Virus record (IMG/VR): IMGVR_UViG_3300024988_000010
DNA length: 64,000 nt
Reading direction: 5' to 3' (one strand)
Origin: a virus
A program made the translations under genes and the position numbers. How positions within the stretch are numbered: position 1 is the first letter of the stretch; every line of letters begins with the position of its first letter. Below, piece by piece: positions 37,272-47,118 of the stretch. The notes under the pieces were generated by a model. It did no database searches. It saw nothing but the letters and a program-made list of their open reading frames with translations, and was not told where the DNA came from.

Positions 37272-38390
37272 ATGCCAATCAACGGCTATTTCGACGCGCC
37301 TTTCGCCGTCGCCGGCAACCTCCAGACCGTGCCCGACACCATCCAGGGCAACGGCAGCGTCAGCTACACGGAAGGCTTCGGCATCCTCTACAGCACGGCG
37401 GTGGCGAGCGGCGGCATCAACTTCCCCCGCGCCCAGTTCAACCAGCTGATGAACGACATCACCACGGCCCTGCAGTACATCCAGCGGGGCAACGCCGCGG
37501 CGTTCATCACCTCGGCCATGAACGGCGGCACGCCCTATTCGTACCCCCAATACGCCACCGTCCTGAAGGACGGCGTGGCCTATCAGTCCCTGCAGGATTC
37601 CAACACCGACACGCCCCCGTCCTCGAAATGGGCGGTGCTCGACTTCACCTCCGGCTCGCGCTCGGCGGTCCCCGGCACCTACCTCAACCTGAAATTCGCC
37701 TGGGCCTCGGCGACGACCGCGACCCTCACGGCCGACGAGGCGGTGGTCGCCACCGCGCTGAACGGCACCGCCTACAAGGGGTCGAGCCTGAACCTGCCCC
37801 TGGATCTTGCCACGGTCGGCGCGGGCGGGATGGATTCCGGCTCGCCGCCGACGAACGGCAACCTCTACGTCTACCTCATCTACAACCCGACGACCTTCAC
37901 GTTCGCCCTGCTGGCCACGAACAGCGGCACGGGAGCGACGATCTACCCCGGCGCTTATATGCCCGCCGGCTACACGGCCTCGGCGCTCGCCAGCGTCCTG
38001 CGGACCAACGGCTCCGCCGAGCTGGACTCCTTCACGCAGATCGGCCGCGAGGTGTACTTCCCGCCCGTCGCCATCCTCTCCGGCGCCGCCGGGAAGGCGA
38101 CGCTCGGCTCCCAGTCGGTCGCCGCCGCCGTGCCCGTGGGGGCGAAGTCGGTCAGCGGCTACATCTACCAGAGCCAGACCGGGGCATCCATCCAGACCAA
38201 CGTGGCCGTCGCCTCCGACGCCGCGGGCACGGCCCTTCAGCAGGGCGGGCGCACCAGCGCTTTCACCGGCACTTACAACAACCTGAACTTCCGCCTGCTG
38301 CCGATCCTCACGCCCCAGACGATCTACTGGACGTCCGCAGACACGCGGGCCTCGTCGATCGACATGGGCGTCTCCAGCTACACGTTCTAG
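37272..38390 (+). CDS. tail fibre protein
   Basis: PFAVAGN..TVP...GSVSY..GF...FNQLM..IT anchor region, then a beta-rich body. Confidence 0.75.
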   Translation: MPINGYFDAPFAVAGNLQTVPDTIQGNGSVSYTEGFGILYSTAVASGGINFPRAQFNQLMNDITTALQYIQRGNAAAFITSAMNGGTPYSYPQYATVLKDGVAYQSLQDSNTDTPPSSKWAVLDFTSGSRSAVPGTYLNLKFAWASATTATLTADEAVVATALNGTAYKGSSLNLPLDLATVGAGGMDSGSPPTNGNLYVYLIYNPTTFTFALLATNSGTGATIYPGAYMPAGYTASALASVLRTNGSAELDSFTQIGREVYFPPVAILSGAAGKATLGSQSVAAAVPVGAKSVSGYIYQSQTGASIQTNVAVASDAAGTALQQGGRTSAFTGTYNNLNFRLLPILTPQTIYWTSADTRASSIDMGVSSYTF

Positions 38391-38394
38391 GTCC

Positions 38395-38703
38395 GTGGAA
38401 GCCTGCTTCACCTTCGCCCAGGGCGAGACCGTCGCCGAGGCCTTCCCGCTCGGCCTCGACCCGTCGGGCAAGCGGTTCGATTCGCGGTTCGCGTTCCTGC
38501 CATCGTCGCTCGACCTCTCCAGCGAGGACGGCGGCCTGACGGTCGACGGCGAATCGCTCGTGGTGAACATCCCCTGGGCGACCACCGCCGGGATCGTCCC
38601 CGGCCTCTATCCGTTCGACATATTCATGACGAGCCAGGACGGCGACCGCACGCAGGTCGAGTCCGGCCTGGTGCGCGTGACCCAATCCGTCACGCCGGCA
38701 TAA
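38395..38703 (+). CDS. hypothetical tail-associated protein
   Basis: 102 aa. GLYPFDI.M...RTQVESG.V.V..SVT. Confidence 0.55.
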   Translation: MEACFTFAQGETVAEAFPLGLDPSGKRFDSRFAFLPSSLDLSSEDGGLTVDGESLVVNIPWATTAGIVPGLYPFDIFMTSQDGDRTQVESGLVRVTQSVTPA

Positions 38704-38732
38704 ATCCGCAACCCCAGAGCAGCGAGGAACAC

Positions 38733-41700
38733 ATGAGTTGTGATGCGACCCGCGTCGGCCCCCAGGGGCCGCCGGGCATCAATTGGAGGAGATATTTCTC
38801 CGTAGACGCGAAGTACGTACCGTCCGACGCGATCTTCTATGCGGGAAGCTCCTATATCTGCATCCAGCCCAACACCGGCGTCGCGCCTACGGGGGAGGTC
38901 GGCGACCCGTACTGGAACCTGCTCGCGGAAGGGGCCGAGAACGCGGGGCCGGGCGGCGCGAACGGGGCTGTCCAGTACAACGCGGCGGGCTTCTTCGGGG
39001 GAATCCCCGGCAGCCGCGTGCAGGCCACCGGCGAGCTGGTCTCCTTCAAGTCGCAGCACGACGCGGACACGCCGCTGACCATCGAGGCGGCGAGCCCCAC
39101 CCAGTCGGGCGACCTCCAGCGCTGGGCCGACTCCGAAGGCGCCGTCCTGTCGCGCATCGCGTCGAACGGCAACCTGACCACGCCGAATTTCAGCGGTTCC
39201 AGCCACGGGACGAACACCGGCGACCAGTCCGTCGTCGTGGCTTCCGACAACGGATTCTCCGGCACCTCGTCCGGCGTGTCGACCGTGACGATCACCCTCT
39301 CGACGACCGAGGAGGGGATGCTGAAGGGCGACGGCGGCGCGCTCACCCAGGCGACCCCGGGCGAGGACTATTCCGCCGGGACGTCATCCCTCTCCACCGG
39401 CATCCTCAAGTCGACCACCGGCACCGGAAATCTCACGATCGCCGTGGCGGCCGACTTCCCGACGCTCAACCAAAACACGACCGGCAACGCCGCCACCGCA
39501 ACGGCCCTCCAGACCCCTCGCACCATCAACGGCGTCGATTTCGACGGCACCGCGAACATCACCATCACGGCCGCCCCCGGCGGATCGGCGGGCGGGGACC
39601 TCTCCGGCTCCTATCCCAACCCGACGGTCGCAGGCATCAACGGGACTCCCCTCGGAGCGACGACGGCGACGGCGGGCAACCTGCTGATCGGCGACGGCTC
39701 CGAGTGGTCGAGTGAAGCGATGGGCGGAGACGCCACGATCGACGCGGCGGGGAACCTGAGCATCGCCGATTCCGCCGTGACGACGCAGAAGCTCGCCGAT
39801 TCCGCGGTGGCCACCGCGAAGCTGGCCGACGCTTCGGTATCCACCGACAAGCTCGCGGCCAAGGCCGTGACCTACGCGAAGATGCAGGACGAGTCGGCTT
39901 CCACGCTGCTCGGCAACCCCACGGGAGGCGCGGCCGCTCCGTCGGAGATCACGCTCGGCGCGGGCCTCGCCTTCAACGGCCCCGCCCTCGCCGTGACGGG
40001 CGACGCGCTGGTGACGGCCACGGGTTCGACCACGCCCCGAAGCCTCAAGGACCGATTCGCCGACGTGCACAACGCCAAGGACTGGGGCGCCTCCCCGCTC
40101 GCCACGCCGCTGGCGAACCGGCAGGCGATCCAGGCCGCCGTGGTCTACGCCTACAGCCTCGGCGGCGGCGAGGTCTACATCCCCGCCGGTACGTACCTCA
40201 TCGACATCGGAACGCCCATCATCCTGCCGTCCAACATCACCCTCTCCGGCGTGCGGGCGCAGACGCGCCTCGTGCCCGACATGAGCACCATCCTGCCCGA
40301 CAAGATCTACCCGCTGGCGACCGGGGCGATGGTGATCACCGGCGACCCGACGACCGGCAACCGCGCCGGCCTGGTGTCCGGCCAGACCGTCAACCCGGCG
40401 TCGATCGTGGAGAATGTCCACGTGAAGGACCTGGTCTTCGACAATTCGGCGTCCACCACCCCCATCCCTGCGGGCTATCACCTGAACGGGGTCCAGCTGT
40501 GGTTCTGCCACAAGTCGAGCATCACCTGGTGCGAGTTCTACAACTTCCCGAACTCCGGCCCCTACATGGCGGGCTACCGCCACGCCGAGATCGCCCACTG
40601 CATCGTTGACCACTGCGGGCACCTGACGTCCGAGGCGGGCTCCCTGAACGGCATCTCGACGCCGGGCTGGATCGACGCGACGGACCGGGAGAATTCGAGC
40701 CTCGACCTCAAGATCCACCACAACTACGTCTCGAACTGCCGCCAGGAGGGCATCCAGAACTCCACCTGCAAGGGCGTCATCATCAGCGACAACGTCCTCA
40801 TCGGCAACCAGGACTTCGGCGTCGAGGGCGAGGCCCAGACGCCGGGGACGACCGCGACCTCCGCCACATACGGCTACGAGGTCCCGGCCGACGCGATCGT
40901 CGAGCGCAACTACATCGACGGCTACTCGCCGACGCTCGGAACCTACGGCACGGGCGGGATCTCCTGGGGCAGCGCCAACCAGGGGAAGATCGCCATCCGC
41001 AACAACACCGTCCGCTTCACGGACAACTCCGCCGGGGTGGCGCCCGGCTACGGCACCACGACCTTCGCCTACATCGGCGGGTCGGGCATCTCCTTCCGGC
41101 AGAACAACAACGGCGTCTTCCAGGTGGCCGACAACCTGCTCGAAGGGATCGTGCCCGGATCGGGCGGGGCCGTCATCACCTGCTCCAACGGCCTCGACTC
41201 GGTGCACGTCACCGGCAACCACGCCGCGAACTGCAACTCGGCCCGCAACTTCTTCAACATGGCGACGGGCAACGTGAAGGAGTTCGTCGCCCACGACAAC
41301 AGGGCGATGGACGGCACGTTCCTGCGGATGTTCGACCTGAGCTTCACCGCGGGATCGGCGAATACGCTGGCGAACACGAACATAGCCATCACCGACAACA
41401 CGCTGTCGGGCTCCTCATCGGGCTTCGCCGTCCTGCGATTCCCGAACAACGTGACCGTGCAGCGGCTGACCTTCAAGGGCAACCAGGCCAACGCGATCAA
41501 CTCCAGCTCCAACGGCTCGGAGGGGCTGCTGCGGATCACGGCCGCGACGGCGGGCGGCTTCACTCTGTCCGTGTCCCGGATGGAGATGGAAGGCAACACG
41601 GCGTCGTACGCCGGGAACACCATCTGCCCGCTCATGTTCGACGCCTCGGTGGCGGCCTCCTCGATCACGCTGCTGTTCGCAAAGAACAACAACTTCGGCA

Positions 41701-42074
41701 CGCCGACCACACCGGCGCTGACGAACGCATTCTCGGCGATCGCGACGCTGTACGAGGCGGGCAACGGCTATCCGGGCACGCCCAACCTGATCACGAAGCA
41801 GTCGGCCGGCAACGTGACCCTCACCAACTCGGTCGACGTGCTGGTGGTCAACAAGACGGCGGCCCAGGCGACCACCGTGACGCTCCCCCCGGCGCCGATC
41901 ACGGTCGGGAAACCGTTCACGATCAAGGACGGCAAGGGCGACGCGAACGTCAACAACATCACGATCACCCCCTCGTCCGGCACGATCGACGGCCAGGCGA
42001 GCTACGTCATGGAGTTCAACTACGACTCCAAGACGGTCATGTTCAACGGTACGGAATGGAATGTAATCTCATGA
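38733..42074 (+). CDS. large tailspike-like protein with a right-handed beta-helix (pectate-lyase-like) domain
   Basis: AKDWGA...NRQAIQAA...GGGEVYIPAGTYLI followed by many Asn/Ile-rich coils. Low-complexity fibre N-terminus. Confidence 0.8.
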   Translation: MSCDATRVGPQGPPGINWRRYFSVDAKYVPSDAIFYAGSSYICIQPNTGVAPTGEVGDPYWNLLAEGAENAGPGGANGAVQYNAAGFFGGIPGSRVQATGELVSFKSQHDADTPLTIEAASPTQSGDLQRWADSEGAVLSRIASNGNLTTPNFSGSSHGTNTGDQSVVVASDNGFSGTSSGVSTVTITLSTTEEGMLKGDGGALTQATPGEDYSAGTSSLSTGILKSTTGTGNLTIAVAADFPTLNQNTTGNAATATALQTPRTINGVDFDGTANITITAAPGGSAGGDLSGSYPNPTVAGINGTPLGATTATAGNLLIGDGSEWSSEAMGGDATIDAAGNLSIADSAVTTQKLADSAVATAKLADASVSTDKLAAKAVTYAKMQDESASTLLGNPTGGAAAPSEITLGAGLAFNGPALAVTGDALVTATGSTTPRSLKDRFADVHNAKDWGASPLATPLANRQAIQAAVVYAYSLGGGEVYIPAGTYLIDIGTPIILPSNITLSGVRAQTRLVPDMSTILPDKIYPLATGAMVITGDPTTGNRAGLVSGQTVNPASIVENVHVKDLVFDNSASTTPIPAGYHLNGVQLWFCHKSSITWCEFYNFPNSGPYMAGYRHAEIAHCIVDHCGHLTSEAGSLNGISTPGWIDATDRENSSLDLKIHHNYVSNCRQEGIQNSTCKGVIISDNVLIGNQDFGVEGEAQTPGTTATSATYGYEVPADAIVERNYIDGYSPTLGTYGTGGISWGSANQGKIAIRNNTVRFTDNSAGVAPGYGTTTFAYIGGSGISFRQNNNGVFQVADNLLEGIVPGSGGAVITCSNGLDSVHVTGNHAANCNSARNFFNMATGNVKEFVAHDNRAMDGTFLRMFDLSFTAGSANTLANTNIAITDNTLSGSSSGFAVLRFPNNVTVQRLTFKGNQANAINSSSNGSEGLLRITAATAGGFTLSVSRMEMEGNTASYAGNTICPLMFDASVAASSITLLFAKNNNFGTPTTPALTNAFSAIATLYEAGNGYPGTPNLITKQSAGNVTLTNSVDVLVVNKTAAQATTVTLPPAPITVGKPFTIKDGKGDANVNNITITPSSGTIDGQASYVMEFNYDSKTVMFNGTEWNVIS

Positions 42075-43192
42075 TGAAACGCACCCTCCCCTTCCTCTTC
42101 GCCATCCTGCTCGGCGCCGCGTCCGCGGCCCACGCCTACGACCCGCCATACCTGGGGACGAGCGCCACCAACACCAACCCTCGCCGCCAGGGCGAAGCGA
42201 ACACGGGGCTCTGGACTCCTTCCACGGGAGTGATCGCCTTCTCCAGCCTGGGGACGACGCAGGCCCAGATCATCAACACCGCCAACGCCAGCAATTACAT
42301 CACCCTCACCGGGTCGCTGTCCGGCTCGCCCGTCGTCGCCGTCGACGGGACGAGCTCCAACCCGGCCCTCACGCTCAGCGGCAAGGGGACGGGCGGCGTC
42401 GTCTTCCGCGTCAACGGCAACACCCAGGCGTCGGTTCTCTCCTCGTCCAACACCGTCAATTCCCTCACCTTCGCCGGGGCCGCGACCAACACGCCGCCTT
42501 CGATCGGCGTGACCGGGAGCGACACGGACGTGGCCCTCACCCTGACCACCCAGGCCGCCGGGGGCATCAACCTCCAGACGGGCGGGGGCGGGCGGCAGGT
42601 CCGCGTCGCCAGCACGGCGAGCGCGGTGGATTACATCCAGCTCACCGGCGGCGCGACCGGAACCCCGGGCACGGTCGCGGCGAGCGCGCAGGGATCGGAT
42701 GCGGACATCAATTTCGCGGTCAACCCCAAGGGCTCCGGGGCGGTGACCAGCACCGGCTACGTCATCCCGGCGGGCGTGAACCGTGTGGCGACTCAGGTGG
42801 ACAAGACCAACGCCACGCTCGGAAACGTGACCGGGCTGACGGCGCCGATCAAGAACGGAAAGACCTATTCCTTCCGCGCCGTCCTGCACGTTGCGGCCGA
42901 CGCGACGGGCGGCCACAAGTACGCGGCGACCAGCAGCGGCACGGTCTCGGCGATCATCTACGAGATCAGGTCGCTGTGCAACACCACGTCCGTGAACGTC
43001 ATCACCTCCCGGCAGACGACGCTCGGCGGCTCGGCGGGCCAGGCGGGATGCGTGGACCCGTTCACGGTCGTGGACGGCACGGTCACGGCGTCCAGCGACG
43101 GCACGCTGGCGATCCAGTTCGCGCAAAACACCGGTTCCGGTACGTCGAGCGTGCTGGTCGGATCGAGCTTCATCGTCCAGCAGATCAACTGA
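42071..43192 (+). CDS. fibre-like repeat protein with a predicted Sec signal peptide
   Basis: MMKRTLPFLFAILLGAASAAHA|YD, then three Thr/Gly-rich repeats of about 50 aa ending in KG.G-like motifs. Confidence 0.7.
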   Translation: MMKRTLPFLFAILLGAASAAHAYDPPYLGTSATNTNPRRQGEANTGLWTPSTGVIAFSSLGTTQAQIINTANASNYITLTGSLSGSPVVAVDGTSSNPALTLSGKGTGGVVFRVNGNTQASVLSSSNTVNSLTFAGAATNTPPSIGVTGSDTDVALTLTTQAAGGINLQTGGGGRQVRVASTASAVDYIQLTGGATGTPGTVAASAQGSDADINFAVNPKGSGAVTSTGYVIPAGVNRVATQVDKTNATLGNVTGLTAPIKNGKTYSFRAVLHVAADATGGHKYAATSSGTVSAIIYEIRSLCNTTSVNVITSRQTTLGGSAGQAGCVDPFTVVDGTVTASSDGTLAIQFAQNTGSGTSSVLVGSSFIVQQIN

Positions 43193-43260
43193 CGACGAGG
43201 ATCCTACGAAAAGGGCGATGCAAAACCCTCATTGAATCCTTACATGGAAAGGCCCACACT

Positions 43261-43749
43261 TTGCCCCAGATCCGCAAGCCCGCGTCCTCGGTGACGCGCA
43301 AGGAATTCGACGCCCTCGCACGGAAGGTCGAGTCGGCGTCATCCACCCTCCGCGAGGACCGCAAGCGGATCACGGCGCTCGAGAAGAGCGACCGGGACCT
43401 GGAGGAGCGAATGGAGCGGAAATTCGTCGAGGTGAACATCAAGATCGACGCCATCGGCGCCAAGCAGCAGGACGTCTCGCAGAACCTCGACGGCCTGATC
43501 AAGGCCCAGGGCGAGGCCAACGCCAGGGTCGACGGGCAGCTCGGGCTTCTCCTCGGCGCGTTCCGCCTCGACGAGGGCGACGACGCCAAGGGCCATTTCC
43601 GCGAGGACATGACGTTCCTGCGCAAGCTCCGCATCGCGTCCGAGGACGGGAAGGGCTTCACTTACAACGCCGTGATCGGCCTCGTGGTCGCCGGAGTCGG
43701 GAGCCTTTTCGTCGCGGGCGTCTTCACGATCTTCGGCGTCAAACCGTGA
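43261..43749 (+). CDS. coiled-coil protein with a C-terminal membrane anchor (lysis-associated?)
   Basis: TTG start after GGAAAGG. Heptad region, then AVIGLVVAGVGSLFVAGVFTIFG. Start uncertain. Confidence 0.6.
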   Translation: MPQIRKPASSVTRKEFDALARKVESASSTLREDRKRITALEKSDRDLEERMERKFVEVNIKIDAIGAKQQDVSQNLDGLIKAQGEANARVDGQLGLLLGAFRLDEGDDAKGHFREDMTFLRKLRIASEDGKGFTYNAVIGLVVAGVGSLFVAGVFTIFGVKP

Positions 43750-44165
43750 CCCCCGACCTTTCCGACCCCTCGGACGTCCTCGCCAGGACGCTCTACGGGG
43801 AGGCGCGCGGCGAAGGCCGCCGGGGCATGGAAGCCGTCGCCTGCGTGGTCCTCAACCGGGCGAAGCAACCCGCGTGGTGGGGTAAGGACATTGCGTCCGT
43901 CTGCCTCAAGCCGTGGCAGTTCTCGTGCTGGAACCAGAACGACCCCAACCGCCCGAAGCTCCTGACCGTCGATGAAACCGACCAGTCGTTCCGGCTGGCG
44001 CTGCTGATCGCCCGTCAGGCCGTGGCCGGGAAGCTGGCCGACATCACCGACGGGGCGGACCACTACTATGATTACCGCATCAAGAAGCCGAAGTGGGCGG
44101 AAGGACGCGAGAAGGCGGCTCTGATCGGCCACCACGCGTTCTACAAGATCGGGCCGAAGGCCTAG
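43746..44165 (+). CDS. cell wall hydrolase (SleB/Hydrolase_2), probable endolysin
   Basis: LARTLYGEARGE...AVACVVLNR...QFSCWN...GADHYY...IGHHAFY. Confidence 0.9.
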   Translation: MTPDLSDPSDVLARTLYGEARGEGRRGMEAVACVVLNRAKQPAWWGKDIASVCLKPWQFSCWNQNDPNRPKLLTVDETDQSFRLALLIARQAVAGKLADITDGADHYYDYRIKKPKWAEGREKAALIGHHAFYKIGPKA

Positions 44166-44265
44166 CGCCCGAATTCGACCTGACGGTCTCCTGACATTTC
44201 GCTTGCGCGAACCCGCCCGACCCTCCAATCTGGTCGTAGGACCAACCCCTTTTTCGCCGCCTCGC

Positions 44266-44526
44266 ATGCCCCGCAAACGCCTCGTCCGAAACGCCTACCA
44301 CAAAGCCACCCCGCCCGACGCCGAGCTGCTCGCCCGGCCCGCCTCCGAGATGAACGTCGTCTCCCAGGCCGAGGCCCTGCTCCGCACCCGGCTCTCGACC
44401 CGCCCCGGCTTCCGCCTGCTCGACGGCACGCCCTGCGACCTGAACCGCCTCATGCGCGAGGCCAACGCGGTGCTCGCGTCCCATGGGCTCGCCCAGCTCG
44501 GCCGAAACCCGGCCTGGCACGTTTAG
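44266..44526 (+). CDS. hypothetical protein
   Basis: 86 aa inside the lysis region. Start uncertain. Confidence 0.5.
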   Translation: MPRKRLVRNAYHKATPPDAELLARPASEMNVVSQAEALLRTRLSTRPGFRLLDGTPCDLNRLMREANAVLASHGLAQLGRNPAWHV

Positions 44527-44663
44527 CAGGAGCGGGCCGACTCTTCTCGCGGCCGCGGCCCGATCCGCATTACGCCGCCCTTCTCGAACGCCCACCGACA
44601 CTCCAACCCGGCCCAAGACCGGGCGTCCAAGTCGTTTTCAACCTTTCAACCAGGGGGATATCC

Positions 44664-44852
44664 ATGGAATGGATCATCACGCGCCTATCCGAACCTTCCA
44701 CGTGGCGGGGGCTCTTCGCCATGCTCACCGCGGGCGGGATTTCGCTCGCGCCGGACTACGAAAACGCCATCATCGCGATCGGCCTTTCGATCATCGGCCT
44801 CATCAACGTCATCAAGAAGGAGAAACTCGATGGCACTCCCAAGAACAAGTAG
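44664..44852 (+). CDS. small holin-like membrane protein
   Basis: RLSEPSTWRG plus two hydrophobic segments and a basic tail. Confidence 0.65.
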   Translation: MEWIITRLSEPSTWRGLFAMLTAGGISLAPDYENAIIAIGLSIIGLINVIKKEKLDGTPKNK

Positions 44853-45183
44853 CCTCCTGGCCGCCCTGGCCCTCTGCGCCTGCGTCGGCCAGACGCCGGT
44901 CCAGCAGTATTTCGAGCTGAAGCAGCACTACGCGACCGCGATCCACTTCTCGGCCTCCTACCGGAAGGACTGCGACGCCAAGCCCAAGGCCGACCCCTGC
45001 AAGGGCGTGGTGAAGGAGATGCAGCGGCTGGATACGACCGCCTCGTTCGCCTTCGCCAAGGCCGACGACGCGTTCTTCAACGCCGACGTCGAGCCCGACG
45101 CCACCTACAAGGAGATCGTCCTCCAGAACGCGAAGGTCGCCCTGAAGAACCTGCAGAACCTCATACTCGGTACAGCCAAATGA
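44830..45183 (+). CDS. lipoprotein (spanin-like position)
   Basis: SLLAALALCAC lipobox-like signal. Confidence 0.6.
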   Translation: MALPRTSSLLAALALCACVGQTPVQQYFELKQHYATAIHFSASYRKDCDAKPKADPCKGVVKEMQRLDTTASFAFAKADDAFFNADVEPDATYKEIVLQNAKVALKNLQNLILGTAK

Positions 45184-45413
45184 ACAGCCTCCTCGTCTTC
45201 CTCACCTCCTACGGCGGCCTGATCAGCCAGGCCCTCTCGCTCGTCGCCAAGGGGATCGAGCTCGGCCCCGAGCTCATCAAGCAGATCGACAACCACGCCG
45301 AGCTGATGAAGCAGCTCGTCACGCAGAAACGCGCCCCGACCCAGGAGGAGATCGACGCCCTCAACGCCTCGATCGAGGCCGACCGGGCGATCCTCCAGGC
45401 CCCGATCGAATAG
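45180..45413 (+). CDS. small amphipathic hypothetical protein
   Basis: ATGA overlap, 77 aa. Confidence 0.6.
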   Translation: MNSLLVFLTSYGGLISQALSLVAKGIELGPELIKQIDNHAELMKQLVTQKRAPTQEEIDALNASIEADRAILQAPIE

Positions 45414-45499
45414 CTCGGGGCTGCGACCGCCATCGGCACGGCGGCCCTGCGCGGGCCGCGGCCGATGACCTGACCGAACGACCCTTTCAGTGAACTTGA

Positions 45500-45536
45500 C
45501 GCCTCTCCGGGTAACCCCCCGGGGAGGCGATTTTTT
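45500..45536 (+). terminator. intrinsic terminator ending the late operon
   Basis: CGCCTCTCCGGG...CCCGGGGAGGCG followed by ATTTTTT. Confidence 0.8.
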
Positions 45537-45539
45537 CGC

Positions 45540-45567
45540 TTGTATTTATTTCCAAATGCAATAGTGT
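45540..45567 (+). promoter_or_regulatory. possible promoter for the phosphoesterase/NTase unit
   Basis: TTGTAT-N16-TAGTGT in an AT-rich patch just after the terminator. Confidence 0.4.
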
Positions 45568-45574
45568 CCGCGTC

Positions 45575-46123
45575 ATGAGTGAAATCTTCTTCATCGCCGA
45601 CACCCACTTCGGACACCGCCGGATCATCGAATTCGATGAGACCAGGCCGTTTCGATCGTTCCCCTCGATAGAGGAGCACGACGAGGGACTGGTGCGCCGC
45701 TGGAACAGCGTGGTCGGCCCGAAGGACGTTGTCTGGCATCTCGGCGACTTCTGCTTCGGCAAGAGGAACCTGGAGATCGCCGCCCTCCTGAACGGCAACA
45801 AGAAGTTGGTCATGGGCAACCACGACATGTACACGTCCGCCGACTACCTGAGGTACTTCACGAGGCTGTCCGGTGCGGTCGAGTTCAAGGGGGCGGTCCT
45901 GACGCACGTGCCGATCCATGAATCGCAGATGGAGAGGTGGGCGTTCAACGTCCACGGTCACCTGCACACCAAGCGTGCGATGCGTCCTCCGACGCTTCAA
46001 TTGGACGGCACGATCATGGAGGGCGTGCCCGATTGGCGTTACGTCTGCGTCTCCGCCGAGCAGGTGGACCTGACGCCGGTGACGTTCGACTGGATTCTTG
46101 AAAAGCGCAAGGAGGCGAAATGA
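45575..46123 (+). CDS. calcineurin-like metallophosphoesterase
   Basis: IADTHFGH, HLGDF, MGNHD, LTHVP, NVHGHLH. Confidence 0.9.
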   Translation: MSEIFFIADTHFGHRRIIEFDETRPFRSFPSIEEHDEGLVRRWNSVVGPKDVVWHLGDFCFGKRNLEIAALLNGNKKLVMGNHDMYTSADYLRYFTRLSGAVEFKGAVLTHVPIHESQMERWAFNVHGHLHTKRAMRPPTLQLDGTIMEGVPDWRYVCVSAEQVDLTPVTFDWILEKRKEAK

Positions 46124-47118
46124 TGGAAACGGCCTTGGTGAAAATGCAGTTCGGCAGCCACGTCTACGGGACGAACCTTCCGACGAGCGACCTCGACTTC
46201 AAGGGCGTCCATCTGCCCGAAGGCCGCGACATACTGCTCCAACGGCCGAGGAACACGATCAACGTGAAATCCAAGTCCGACGCGACGAAGAAGAACGGGC
46301 CCGACGACGTGGACTTCGAGTCCTTCTCCCTCCAGCAGTATTTCAAGCTGCTCCTGGAAGGGCAGACGGTGGCATTGACCATGCTCTTCGTCCCCGACCG
46401 CTGGGTGCGGGAGCCGAGCGGGACGTGGGAGGCGATCCGCGAGCACAAGGATCGCTGGCTGCACAGGGGAGTTTCCGCCTTCGCGGGATACTGTCGGCAG
46501 CAGGCCAACAAATACGGCGTGAAGGGAAGCCGAGTGGCTGCTTCTCGTGCGGCGATGGAGTTCTTCGAGGCCCTGATGGCCGAGCACGGCACGGGCTTCA
46601 AGATCCGTGAAGCCTGGGACCGTATCGAGGCCCTCGCAGCCGATCCCCGCTACCAGCACATGCAGATCCTGGAAGGAAACCTGCGCGGCCGCCCGGAATT
46701 GATCGTCAGGATGCTCGACGTCTGCAACCGCAAGGTCCAGGAGCACGTCACCGCCAAGGAGGCCTACAAGATATACAAGCACCTGGTCGACGAGTACGGC
46801 CAGCGGGCTTTGCTCGCGGAAAAGAACGAGGGCGTGGACTGGAAGGCCATGATGCACGCCCTCCGAGTCTGCCGGGAAGCCGAAGAGCTCCTCCTCACCC
46901 ACACGATCAGCTATCCCCGGCCCGAGGCGGAGTTGCTCCTCAGAATCCGCAAGGGCGAGCTGCCCTACCGAGAGGTCGCCGAACTGCTCGAAGCGGGCAT
47001 GGACCGCCTGGAAGAATGTCAGGCCGCGTCTACGCTCCCCGCCGAGCCGGACCGTGCATTCGCCGAGGAGTTCGTCGCCTCGGTCTACCGGACGAGGGTA
47101 TTGGGGGCCGCGGCGTGA
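46120..47118 (+). CDS. Pol-beta-superfamily nucleotidyltransferase (RlaP/Nuc-transf-like)
   Basis: FGSHVYGTNLPTSDLDFKGV, DWKAMMHALR, LLRIRKGELPY. ATGA-coupled to the phosphoesterase. Confidence 0.85.
   Translation: MMETALVKMQFGSHVYGTNLPTSDLDFKGVHLPEGRDILLQRPRNTINVKSKSDATKKNGPDDVDFESFSLQQYFKLLLEGQTVALTMLFVPDRWVREPSGTWEAIREHKDRWLHRGVSAFAGYCRQQANKYGVKGSRVAASRAAMEFFEALMAEHGTGFKIREAWDRIEALAADPRYQHMQILEGNLRGRPELIVRMLDVCNRKVQEHVTAKEAYKIYKHLVDEYGQRALLAEKNEGVDWKAMMHALRVCREAEELLLTHTISYPRPEAELLLRIRKGELPYREVAELLEAGMDRLEECQAASTLPAEPDRAFAEEFVASVYRTRVLGAAA

Noticed and set aside
17367-41294. Many long antisense or alternate-frame ORFs over the structural genes
   Set aside because: Expected shadow ORFs in high-GC coding DNA. 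They are Arg/Gly/Pro-biased, with no motifs or RBS.
37272-43192. Diversity-generating retroelement or invertible tail-fibre cassette
   Set aside because: No reverse transcriptase, template/variable repeat pair, invertase or flanking inverted repeats seen.
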